A stretch of 45,382 nucleotides of DNA from Candidatus Thermosaccharophagus tengchongensis. GTDB taxonomy: Bacteria; Armatimonadota; Fervidibacteria; Fervidibacterales; Thermosaccharophagaceae. Position 1 is the first letter of the stretch, and the number at the start of each line of letters is the position of its first letter. The translations under genes and the position numbers were made by a program. A model generated the notes under the pieces. It did no database searches and was not told the DNA's origin. It saw nothing but the letters and a program-made list of their open reading frames with translations. Shown here piece after piece: positions 29,831 to 39,226 of the stretch. The DNA lies in the NCBI GenBank assembly GCA_032161105.1, contig JAVHTD010000024.1; one strand, written 5' to 3'.

Positions 29831-30889
29831 TCACCTCTTCACCCCTCCAACAAGTTGGACAAGGCGCTCCGCCATGCGATCTATTGGGATGACCTCATCA
29901 ACGACGCCGAGTTCTATTGCCGCCTTTGGCATGCCGAAGATGAGGCAAGTTGACTCATCCTGCACGATGCATTTTCCACCGCTCTCTTTTATTGCGCGCA
30001 TGCCCATTGCGCCGTCCTTTCCCATGCCGCTCAAAAGCACGCCAATGCACCTTTCGCCGAATGTATCGGCTGCCGAGCGAAATAGCAAGTCAATGGATGG
30101 CATGTTTGGGACATCGCTTGGCTCGTCCGACAACTTGACAATTGCTTTTCCAGTCAAGCGGCTGCGTTGCACAAGCAAGTGCTTATCGCCGGGAGCAATC
30201 AGTGTTACACCCGGTTCAATAACATCGCCGTCACAAGCTTCTCGCACACTTAGTTGCGTGCAACTGCTCAAGCGCTCTGCAAAGTGCGTTGTGAAGGGTT
30301 TCGGCATGTGCTGTGCAACAAGTATCGCCGCACCAAAATCGTGCGGCAGTGAGGAGAGCAGAGTTTTTAACCCCGAAGGTCCACCGCTTGATGAGCCGAT
30401 AACCACAACATCAAATTTGCTCTCCACATGCGGCGGCTTAATGATGCTCACCTTTGCGTATCTTTTGCTCAGCCTTTTAACACTCTCCCTCAATTTGCTT
30501 GCCGCTTTTACGCTCGCAATCAGCCTGGTTGACATGCGATACAGCTCATCGGATGCGAGGCTCGTTGGCTTCTCAACTACATCAACTGCGCCGAGTTCAA
30601 GCGCTGCCAAGCTCCTTATGATGGACTGCCTGCTCAGTGCCGAAACTATGACAACTGGTAGAGGATATGAACGCATCAAATTGCGAAGGACGCTCAAGCC
30701 ATCTATGTCGGGCAGCATGATGTCAAGCGTGACGACATCTGGGTCAAGCTCTTTTGCGAGCTCAATGACATCCTTGCCGCTGCCAGTTGTCCCCACAACC
30801 TCAATTTCGTCATCGCTTTGCAGAATGCGGGTTAGAGCTTTCCTGACAAACTCTGAATCGTCAACGACGAGCACTCGTATCTTGCTCAT
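29831..30889 (-). CDS. cheB: Chemotaxis response regulator protein-glutamate methylesterase
   Basis: N-terminal REC (VVDDS...VTLD...K) plus methylesterase triad (GSSSGG, QHMP, GMGKDG), IFGMP. Confidence 0.95.
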   Translation of the reverse strand: MSKIRVLVVDDSEFVRKALTRILQSDDEIEVVGTTGSGKDVIELAKELDPDVVTLDIMLPDIDGLSVLRNLMRSYPLPVVIVSALSRQSIIRSLAALELGAVDVVEKPTSLASDELYRMSTRLIASVKAASKLRESVKRLSKRYAKVSIIKPPHVESKFDVVVIGSSSGGPSGLKTLLSSLPHDFGAAILVAQHMPKPFTTHFAERLSSCTQLSVREACDGDVIEPGVTLIAPGDKHLLVQRSRLTGKAIVKLSDEPSDVPNMPSIDLLFRSAADTFGERCIGVLLSGMGKDGAMGMRAIKESGGKCIVQDESTCLIFGMPKAAIELGVVDEVIPIDRMAERLVQLVGGVKR

Positions 30890-31312
30890 CCCACACTTCA
30901 CCCTCATGTCGGTTATTCAAGTTGCAGCTCATTCATTTGGACACAATATTGCGCATGGCATGCACTGTGATGGTCATCTTACGGCGATGTTTTTAATTCG
31001 CACCCTGCTGTGTGCGGGTTGCAAGCCATCTTGCTCGCGGCTAAAGCTGCTCCCACATTTTGCAATACATGCCCACACTTCGCAAGATGACTTTAGCCTT
31101 TACAGGCACATTGCGCGCAGGCTAAAATCCGTCAATGAAGGTGAGCGGAGTCCAATGACGATAGAATGCAAGATGCTACAAAGTGAGGTGGTGAATGAGC
31201 AATTGAGCAGCACCGAATGCTCATGGATGTGAGCCTGTTGTTTAGAAGTCGCTTGTTTAACGCTGGCGCATAAAGGCGAGGTGTAAAGCTAACGCAAAGG
31301 GAGGGATGAAAG

Positions 31313-32107
31313 ATGACGCGCATGAATGGAAGGCTCAATGAGAGGTCAATCGGCTTCACTCTGATAGAGCTGCTGGTGGTGATCGCGATAATCGCGATCC
31401 TGGCAGCGATACTGTTTCCGGTGTTTGCGAGGGCGAGGGAGAAGGCAAGGGCAAGTGCTTGTCTATCTCACGGAAAACAAATCGCGTTAGCCATTGCGCA
31501 GTATGTCCAGGACTATGACGAGCGCTACCCGTCCAATCACTATGCCATTTACTACTTGGCTGTGCAACCATACATCAAGAATGTTGATGTCTGGCGTTGC
31601 CCAAGCGGCTCTGGGAACTACCCAGTTAGAGGGGAGTTTTGGGGATTAGGCACGGGAGTTATTGCCAACATGAAGACCGGTTGGGCTGCGAACTCGGATG
31701 TGATGGGTGGATGGGGCAACACCATACCGAAAGCTTTGTTCATGATACGGTGGCCAACTGATATGGTGTTAATGGCGGATGCAGATTGTTGGAGTCCATA
31801 CGAAAACACAACCTCACAGACAGTGCAAGGTGCCTTCTCTGCTTGCCGTAATGTGGACCATGTCTTCTTCAACTCCCGTTGGGGCATTGAACCAATGAGA
31901 GGCGGTGGACGCATCGGACCAAAGCATAATGATGGAGCAAACTACATCTTTGCGGATTACCATGTGAAGTTCTTGAGGAAGCCACCCGAGGATTGCGCCA
32001 ACTATATGACCAACATGCCGAGGGGTGCACGCAGCATCTATGATCCGTCCACAAGGGCGTGCAACCCGAATAACAACCCTAACGACGGTTGGTGCGACAA
32101 CAACTGA
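31313..32107 (+). CDS. DUF1559-type prepilin N-terminal cleavage/methylation domain protein
   Basis: [49 protein letters not shown], and C-terminal H-X9-D(Y)H. Confidence 0.93.
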   Translation: MTRMNGRLNERSIGFTLIELLVVIAIIAILAAILFPVFARAREKARASACLSHGKQIALAIAQYVQDYDERYPSNHYAIYYLAVQPYIKNVDVWRCPSGSGNYPVRGEFWGLGTGVIANMKTGWAANSDVMGGWGNTIPKALFMIRWPTDMVLMADADCWSPYENTTSQTVQGAFSACRNVDHVFFNSRWGIEPMRGGGRIGPKHNDGANYIFADYHVKFLRKPPEDCANYMTNMPRGARSIYDPSTRACNPNNNPNDGWCDNN

Positions 32108-32251
32108 CAGCAATGGCACATCTCCTAAAGGGGGGTCAAAAGCATCAATGCCAGCTTGATGCGTGTGATGGGTCAGCTAAAGGGTGCAATGGGCGGGGTT
32201 AATAACGCTAAAATGGTGATGTGAAAGGCAGGGTCAAGGGGGTGAGGTAGG

Positions 32252-35200
32252 GTGAAGCGGTATGTTATATCGGCGATGGCGAGCGTGATAGTGATATGCT
32301 CTCTCGTCAGCGCACAGCCCATCCGCCACGACCGAATTTTTGTTGTGCCTGCGCCAAAGGGTGTCCTCATTGATGGCGACTTGAAGGAATGGGATTTGAG
32401 CGGCGCCATAACTTGCGTTTTTGATGAGGCGCTCAAGCCGCGCTTTACCGTCACCGTTGCCGCAATGTATGATGCTCAAGCCCTTTACATCGCAGCCCAC
32501 TTCGTTGATGATACGCCGTTGCTCAATCGCCACGACCCCGCCGTTGAACCCGATAAAGGTTGGGATGGCGATTGCCTGCAAGTGCGCCTGTGCAGCGACC
32601 CGAAGGCGCCTTATCCGTTGCCCAACATGGAGAGCGAGCGAGTTTGTCATCTGACGATGTGGTTCTACACCGACAAACAATTGCCCGTCTTGCACATCGC
32701 TTATGACGCCTATCGGACATCCAAAATTTGGACGGGCAAAGATTCTGGGCTTGCCTTCCGAAGGGACAAAGACGGGAAAGGTTACACGCTTGAGGGGCGC
32801 ATCCCTTGGGAGCGTTTGAATGCCAAGGCGAATCCGCCGAGGGCGGGCGATTGCATCGCCTTCGTCGTCCAACCGCTTTGGAGTGATTCAACCGGTTGGA
32901 AGCAAGTGCTCACATTCAACGATGTCATTCGTGAGGCTGGCTTCTCTTTTCAAAGCGCACGCATGTGGGGGCAAGCCGTCTTTTTGCCACACGGCAAGTT
33001 GCAACTTGCCGAGCGCCCGAAGCCGAAAGCTGAGCAACTGCTACCACTCACATTGCGCCTGCCGCTCCACGATGCGCAAGCGAGAGTTGTCAGCGCTGCA
33101 GTCTTCAGCGCCGATGGCACTTTGGTGCGCACATTGCCCGTCATTCAGCGGGATGAGCAAAGCATCAAGCGTGGCGAAAAGTTTGTCACCATTCGTTGGG
33201 ATGGCTTGGATGATGATGGACAGCCGCTCCCTCCCGGGCGCTATATCGTCAAGGTGCTCACACATCGTGGCATTGGGCAGCGCTATGTGACTTCATTGCA
33301 CAATGCCGGCAACCCGCCATGGCGCACCGATGATGGCACGGGCAGTTGGGGTGGCGACCACGGTCCGCCAATCGCTGCTGCCTCCGATGATGAGCGAGTT
33401 TACCTCGGTTGGACGGTTAGCGAAGCGGGCTGGGCAATCATTGCCGTTGACCCAAAGTTGCCCTCTGGCGATGGCGTCATCAATCGCATTGGCAAGAAGT
33501 ATTGGGGACAGCATCAAGTTTTGGAGATCGGCATCTTGGTGACGGCTTTGGCGAGCGATGGTGAGCGGCTCTTTGTGGCACAGGACGGTAAGAGTTGGGG
33601 TGGAGATTGGGCAGACCCGAAGGTGCTCAACAAAGCTGGCGTCGTCCTATGGGAAGCCAAAACTGGCAAGCCGATCAACTTCCCATTTGGCAAGCGTGCG
33701 CTGATCTTGAGTGAGTGGTCGGATGAACTCAAGCCGGTTGAGTTGAAACCGTATGAGCGGTTGAGCATTTACCATCCGCTTGTTCCACGCAAGCGCCCTT
33801 GGGAGCGCTTTCGCGACAATGACTTTGGACCGCAGGAGTTGGGCTTGAACTTGCTCGGCATCGCCGTCCACGGTGACACACTTTACGGCTCGCTGTTTCT
33901 GGAGGATAAAGTTGTCGCCGTCAATTGGCGGACGGGTGAGCGGATAAAGGAGTTTCCATTGCCGAGACCGTGTGGGATTGCCATCGCCAACGATGGACAG
34001 CTCATCGTCGTCAGCGATAAGCGCATCGTGCGCTTGAACCCGAAGACGGGTGAAGCTGTGCCGTTGGTCACAGAGGGGCTTTCATCGCCATGGGGTGTGG
34101 CATTGGACAGGCAAGGCAACATCTATGTGACCGATTGCGGCGGTGCGATGTGCGTGAAGGTGTTTGACGGCAACGGTAAATTGCAGCGCTTGATTGGCAA
34201 ACAGGGTGGGCGCCCTTGGGTTGGGCGATATGACCCCGATGGGATGCTGCGCCCATCGGGCATCACCGTTGACCGTGAGGGCAAAGTTTGGGTATGCGAA
34301 CATGACAATGCGCCAAGGCGAATTAGCGTTTGGACAAGCAATGGCAAGTTGATCGCCGACTTGCTTGGCGCCGGGCATTATGCCGTCATGGGTGCTGCCG
34401 ATGAGCGGCAGCCGCAATTCGTTAACACGCATGCGACGCTCTTTTCGGTGGATTATGCGGCGGGCAAATGGCAAGTCCTTGCAACGCTCATTCGTCCACA
34501 GATGAATGGCTTCACATTCACTCCCGATGGCTTAACCGACCGAGACTACAAGTTCCGTCATGTGCGTGGTCAAACCTTCCTTGTGCATTGCGGGCGTGGT
34601 GGGGTCGTCATCTATCGCCTCGGCAAAGATTTTGTGGCGCAGCCTGTTTGTGCTCTCGGGCCGGGTGGCGCTTTGCCGTTGCATGGCTTTGCAAGGGATG
34701 ATTTGCCAGTGCCGGAAAAACAGCGTGACGAGTTTTGGCGCAACACGCATGCTTTCGCATTTTGGTGGACGGACTTCAATGGCGATGGCTTGGTGCAGCC
34801 CGATGAGTTTGCCCTTGAGCGTGTGGATAGGTCTTGGGGGCTATATTGGGGTTCTTGGGTGGATGATGACTTGACGATATGGAGCGCAACACCGCATGGC
34901 ACGGGCGCAATCTGGCGCATCCCCGTCAAGGAGTGGCTGCCCAATGGCGTTCCCGTTTATCCGAAGCCGAGCGAGCAAACACCGTTGATGTTCGTCATGG
35001 GCAAGGGCACGGTCCACAGTGTCATGGTTGACGGCGAGCGCCTGTTCGTTCTGGAGCAAGAGGGCGGCGATGCATATGGCAAAGGCGCAAAGTGGCAAGC
35101 CATCTCATGCTACTCAATTTCCCAGCCCACAAAGCGCCTATGGGCATACCGCCGTGTCTGGCTTGGCTTCGGTTTGGAAGCGCCATTGAGCAAGCCCGGT

Positions 35201-36280
35201 GATGTCGTTGGTGCGATGAAGTTCATCGGCAAGGCTAAGTTGGACAACGGCATCACGCTCATCGGCGTTAACGGCTACTTCGGTCAATTCAACTTGCTTG
35301 CGGACAATGGTCTTTGGGTGGCATCGCTTTGCAAGGACAATCGCTACGGTCCAAAAGCCGATGAGACGACTGTGTGGCCCGAGAACTTTTCCGGCTTCCT
35401 TTTCCGCAACCGTGATGACGGCAAGGTTTACCTGATTGCGGGTGACACCGATTGCCGCATTTGGGAAGTGACAGGGCTTGAGGGCATTCGCACGATGCAA
35501 ACGGAGTTTGCGCTCACGGAAGCCGACCGCAAGTTGGCTATGAAGGCGGCAATGATGCGACAGGGCATCCCCGCTGGATTGCCGCCAATTCGCATGCGTA
35601 AAGTGCCAGCGGGACGCATTGCCGTTAACGGCGATTTGAGCGATTGGGATATGAGCGCTGCCGTGACGATTGATGCAGGTGCGGGACGAAGGGCAAAAGT
35701 GGCGCTCGCCTATGACGATGCAAACCTTTACGCCGCTTTTGATGTTGCCGATGATTCGCCGATGCTCAACAGCGGAAAAGATTTTGCCCTGCTCTTCAAG
35801 ACGGGCGACGCCTGCGACCTTTTCCTCGCCGTTGACCCATCTGCCGACCCAAAGCGCACTCGTCCTGCTGCTGGCGACATGAGGTTGCTTTTCAGCGTGA
35901 TGGATGGGCAACCCGTTTGTGTGCTCTACGAGCCAGTGGTGCGAGAGGGCGAGCGTGCGATGCGCCTATTCACATCGCCGACTGGCGCCGAAGCCTTTGA
36001 CAGAGTTGTGCTGCTCAAAGAGGCGCAAGTCGCAATCAAGAGGGCAAAGAATGGCTATGCGCTTGAGGCGTCCATCCCGCTATCTGTCATTCGCTTCGCC
36101 GTCAAGGCAGGTGCAACCTACAGGGGCGATGTCGGCGTGATTTACTCCGATGCAGGCGGCAGCCGAAATGTCCTTCGTGCATGCTACTTCAACAAGGACA
36201 CCGCCATCATTAATGACATTCCGACCGAGGCACGCCTGCAGCCGCAGAATTGGGGCATGATTTTGGTTGAGCCTCAGTGA
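32252..36280 (+). CDS. Large secreted protein: CBM9-like / FlgD Ig / NHL beta-propeller / CBM9-like
   Basis: Signal peptide; IDGDL.EW and VNGDL.DW openings of two sugar-binding domains; LVRTL...WDGLDDDG.PLPPGRY (FlgD Ig); P.G.A.D..G..YV.D repeats; DFNGDG Ca-binding loop. Confidence 0.75.
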   Translation: MKRYVISAMASVIVICSLVSAQPIRHDRIFVVPAPKGVLIDGDLKEWDLSGAITCVFDEALKPRFTVTVAAMYDAQALYIAAHFVDDTPLLNRHDPAVEPDKGWDGDCLQVRLCSDPKAPYPLPNMESERVCHLTMWFYTDKQLPVLHIAYDAYRTSKIWTGKDSGLAFRRDKDGKGYTLEGRIPWERLNAKANPPRAGDCIAFVVQPLWSDSTGWKQVLTFNDVIREAGFSFQSARMWGQAVFLPHGKLQLAERPKPKAEQLLPLTLRLPLHDAQARVVSAAVFSADGTLVRTLPVIQRDEQSIKRGEKFVTIRWDGLDDDGQPLPPGRYIVKVLTHRGIGQRYVTSLHNAGNPPWRTDDGTGSWGGDHGPPIAAASDDERVYLGWTVSEAGWAIIAVDPKLPSGDGVINRIGKKYWGQHQVLEIGILVTALASDGERLFVAQDGKSWGGDWADPKVLNKAGVVLWEAKTGKPINFPFGKRALILSEWSDELKPVELKPYERLSIYHPLVPRKRPWERFRDNDFGPQELGLNLLGIAVHGDTLYGSLFLEDKVVAVNWRTGERIKEFPLPRPCGIAIANDGQLIVVSDKRIVRLNPKTGEAVPLVTEGLSSPWGVALDRQGNIYVTDCGGAMCVKVFDGNGKLQRLIGKQGGRPWVGRYDPDGMLRPSGITVDREGKVWVCEHDNAPRRISVWTSNGKLIADLLGAGHYAVMGAADERQPQFVNTHATLFSVDYAAGKWQVLATLIRPQMNGFTFTPDGLTDRDYKFRHVRGQTFLVHCGRGGVVIYRLGKDFVAQPVCALGPGGALPLHGFARDDLPVPEKQRDEFWRNTHAFAFWWTDFNGDGLVQPDEFALERVDRSWGLYWGSWVDDDLTIWSATPHGTGAIWRIPVKEWLPNGVPVYPKPSEQTPLMFVMGKGTVHSVMVDGERLFVLEQEGGDAYGKGAKWQAISCYSISQPTKRLWAYRRVWLGFGLEAPLSKPGDVVGAMKFIGKAKLDNGITLIGVNGYFGQFNLLADNGLWVASLCKDNRYGPKADETTVWPENFSGFLFRNRDDGKVYLIAGDTDCRIWEVTGLEGIRTMQTEFALTEADRKLAMKAAMMRQGIPAGLPPIRMRKVPAGRIAVNGDLSDWDMSAAVTIDAGAGRRAKVALAYDDANLYAAFDVADDSPMLNSGKDFALLFKTGDACDLFLAVDPSADPKRTRPAAGDMRLLFSVMDGQPVCVLYEPVVREGERAMRLFTSPTGAEAFDRVVLLKEAQVAIKRAKNGYALEASIPLSVIRFAVKAGATYRGDVGVIYSDAGGSRNVLRACYFNKDTAIINDIPTEARLQPQNWGMILVEPQ

Positions 36281-36371
36281 GTTCGGCGAGAGCTGCTTCC
36301 TCAGGCAAGGTGAAGAGGAGCGGTTGAGGTTGAGTCAGCAGAAGTTGCACCCGCAAAGGCAAGGGAAAACC

Positions 36372-36674
36372 ATGAAGGTGCTGCCCAAAGAATTGCATCG
36401 CTACTTTTGGGACACCGACCCGACAAAGGTGAATTTGCGCCTTCATCGTCAGTTCATCATTGAGCGCCTCTTGGAATTTGGCGATGAGGAGGCTATCCGT
36501 TGGCTGCGGCGCACCTTCGGAGACGATGCCATTGGCGAAGTTGTCCAAAAGAGCCGTCGCCTTTCCAAGCGCACTGCCAACTTCTGGCGGCTGATCCTTG
36601 GCATTCCAAAGGAGCGTGTGAGATGTTTGTCCAAGCGCTCACAAGACCCGCTCAAACGCTTTTGGAACGATTAG
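36372..36674 (+). CDS. DUF6922-type small protein (putative antitoxin)
   Basis: L.RYFWD.D......FIIERLLEFGD.....WL...FG...I; overlaps the downstream nucleotidyltransferase gene. Confidence 0.75.
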   Translation: MKVLPKELHRYFWDTDPTKVNLRLHRQFIIERLLEFGDEEAIRWLRRTFGDDAIGEVVQKSRRLSKRTANFWRLILGIPKERVRCLSKRSQDPLKRFWND

Positions 36675-37258
36675 GAAGACGACGATGGATGAGAGAGTTC
36701 TACCTTGCGGGAGGGAGTGGTGTTGCATTGCACTTAGGGCATCGTGTCTCCGAGGACTTGGACTTTTTCACACCGAAAGAATTGAACACGACTTTGCTCA
36801 TCCAGAGGCTCAGGCGAGTTGGTGAGTTTGACCTTCGAACGGAGGCGTGGGGGACGGTAACTGGTATTCTTGGCGGCGTTCGCGCCAGCTTTTTTACTTA
36901 CTCCTATCCACTCCTTGAGCCGACACAACGACTTTTCGGCGTAGGCGTCGCCGGTTTGGTGGACATTGCTCTGATGAAAATCATCGCCATCTCTCAAAGG
37001 GGAAGCCGAAGGGATTTCATTGACCTGTTCTTCATCTGCCAAGAAGTGCCTTTAAAAGACTTGCTATTGCTGCTGCCGCGAAAGTATACCGGCGTCAACT
37101 ATAGCCTGCCTCACATCTTGCGGAGTTTGGTCTATTTTGCTGATGCCGAGTGTGAACCGATGCCAAAGATGCTGCGAAAAATCCGTTGGTCAGTTGTCAA
37201 AGACTTCTTTGAAAAGGAGGTCAAAAGGATCGCCGAAGAATGCATGGGAGGGCGATAG
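36623..37258 (+). CDS. AbiEii/AbiGii family nucleotidyltransferase toxin
   Basis: FYLAGGSGVALHLGHRVSEDLDFF, MKIIAISQRG..RDF.DL; ATG 36623 behind AAGGAG. Confidence 0.88.
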   Translation: MFVQALTRPAQTLLERLGRRRWMREFYLAGGSGVALHLGHRVSEDLDFFTPKELNTTLLIQRLRRVGEFDLRTEAWGTVTGILGGVRASFFTYSYPLLEPTQRLFGVGVAGLVDIALMKIIAISQRGSRRDFIDLFFICQEVPLKDLLLLLPRKYTGVNYSLPHILRSLVYFADAECEPMPKMLRKIRWSVVKDFFEKEVKRIAEECMGGR

Positions 37259-37260
37259 GG

Positions 37261-39147
37261 ATGAGAGTGGCATTGGTATCGCTTCTCGTCCTTCTTGGGG
37301 GCGTCTCCTTCGCTGCCCAAATTGAACCGCTTGGCGTCCTGGGCAACAGCGGTGAAGTTGGGGCGAGTTTGATTCGTGTTAGCGAGTTGCCATTTGACCG
37401 ATGCGCAACGGGTGTCGCCGTTGACCGTGACATGACACTTTGGGTCAGCGGCGGTAATGCCATCAATCGCGTCGGCTTGAATGGGCGGTTGATTGAGCGC
37501 ATACCGATTGAGCCGAAGGGAAGCCTCGTCAACAGCCGCACATTCGCCGTCCTCAATGGGACGCTTTACTTCCTCGGCAACCTGCCCGATGACAAGCAAG
37601 CGCTATTTTGTGTTGACATGAGTGGCAAGGTGGGGAAGGTGGCAAAGAGTGTCCCAATCGCGCTCCCTGAGAGGAAGCGAGATTACATTCCGTATTGCCT
37701 TTCACCGCAGCCGATGGATGGGCAGCTTGTGATTGCCTGTGAGCCGAAGGAATTTCAAGACGCGCGGATTGGCGTTTACTTTATTCGCCCGCCAAGCGAT
37801 GTGAATCCGAGGGGCGAGATAAAACTCGCGTTTGCAGTTGCCGGCGAGTATCCGCATGGCATTGCGGTGGATGAGGCGAGGAAACTCATTTACATCGGGG
37901 GCTACTTCGGGTTGTTCGTTGGTGGTGAGACGCATCAAGCCGCTTATGCCATTGCAGCCTTCAAGCCAGATGGGACAATGCTTGACGGCTTTCCCGTTGC
38001 GTGCACGAAGACGCCGGCTATACCGACGCAATTTCGCGGCGTGATATCTCTCGCCGGGAACGCCATCTGGGATACGGCATGGTATGGCTTTTTATCGCGC
38101 TTGGATTTGCAATGTCGCGGTGCACCCGGGAGAGTCGTTGAATGGCATCACGAACTCGGCTACCCAACACAAGTGGTATGCATTGCCGAGGGCGCTCAAA
38201 AGCAGCTGCTCGCCATCACAACTGCGATGCCCGATGCCGTTTATCTCGTTCACTGGGACGAGAGCTCGCAGAGCTTGAGATTCATTCGCCGCATCGGCTG
38301 CTTGCCCATTATAGCCTCCTTGGGCTTGTCCGATGACGGTTGGGTGACTGTTGGGACTGAGAGGGCGCAACTTTGGTGGCGGTGGGAGGATGACGCCGAT
38401 GCGCCGCCGCATAAGGCGGAGTTGCACATCGCTGTCACGCCAGTTCACTTTGACGGTGAACGCTTCTTTGCGCTCGCTGCACAGTATCGCTTGGATGACC
38501 TGCAGCGCCGTTCGCCAGTGCCCACAATCTTCAGCAGGCGCACCGGTGACAGGAATGAGGCGTGGCGTGTCGGAGAACCGGTTCCGATGAAGAAACCCGT
38601 TGGGCTATCGGTGCAAGTTGTCCCGGGGAAGGTGGGTGGATTCTTATTCGTCACCGATGCAGCCACCGGGCAGATCTGGAGGACCGACTTTTGGCTCCCC
38701 GATTTGCGCCCATCAAGTGAGCACTGGAAGCCAATCACAGTTGAAGGTGTATCGCTCAAATCTCCAACTGATGTGGTTGCGCTCACTGACGGAAGATTGC
38801 TCGTTGCAGATGAGGGGCGCATATTGCTACTCGCACGGGATGGCGATGCTTATCGCCCTGTGAGGGAATTTGTGAGTTATGGTGCGGATGATAGTCAGCG
38901 CTTTGGAAGGAGGCTCCGCATCTCCGTTGACGGCGATTGGATGCTGATTAGCGACACCGATAGGCACAGGTTGATTTGGCTTGACTGGGATGATTGGAAG
39001 TTCATCGCCCAGTTTGGAGTGACGGACAAAGCCGGCGATGATGCCACACACTTAAACGAGCCGACATTCGTTTCGCTCAAGGGTGCAAAGGCTATAGTTG
39101 CCGACAGCGGCAATCAACGGCTGCTCAAATTGCTGCTGCATCCGTGA
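37261..39147 (+). CDS. Secreted beta-propeller (NHL-like) protein of unknown function
   Basis: Signal peptide (SFA|A), P.G.AVD-like repeats, ISDTDRHR and VADSGNQR NHL motifs. Confidence 0.7.
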   Translation: MRVALVSLLVLLGGVSFAAQIEPLGVLGNSGEVGASLIRVSELPFDRCATGVAVDRDMTLWVSGGNAINRVGLNGRLIERIPIEPKGSLVNSRTFAVLNGTLYFLGNLPDDKQALFCVDMSGKVGKVAKSVPIALPERKRDYIPYCLSPQPMDGQLVIACEPKEFQDARIGVYFIRPPSDVNPRGEIKLAFAVAGEYPHGIAVDEARKLIYIGGYFGLFVGGETHQAAYAIAAFKPDGTMLDGFPVACTKTPAIPTQFRGVISLAGNAIWDTAWYGFLSRLDLQCRGAPGRVVEWHHELGYPTQVVCIAEGAQKQLLAITTAMPDAVYLVHWDESSQSLRFIRRIGCLPIIASLGLSDDGWVTVGTERAQLWWRWEDDADAPPHKAELHIAVTPVHFDGERFFALAAQYRLDDLQRRSPVPTIFSRRTGDRNEAWRVGEPVPMKKPVGLSVQVVPGKVGGFLFVTDAATGQIWRTDFWLPDLRPSSEHWKPITVEGVSLKSPTDVVALTDGRLLVADEGRILLLARDGDAYRPVREFVSYGADDSQRFGRRLRISVDGDWMLISDTDRHRLIWLDWDDWKFIAQFGVTDKAGDDATHLNEPTFVSLKGAKAIVADSGNQRLLKLLLHP

Positions 39148-39226
39148 AGGCTTTCGCGATGTGCTCCCGACTTGAGCGAGGAGTTTCAATGGGATTTTAT
39201 CCAGCAGCCTTAACACGGGCTCAAAT

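Noticed and set aside
29874..31232. 452-aa plus-strand ORF
   Set aside because: Antisense shadow of cheB, Ser/Thr-rich and without motifs.
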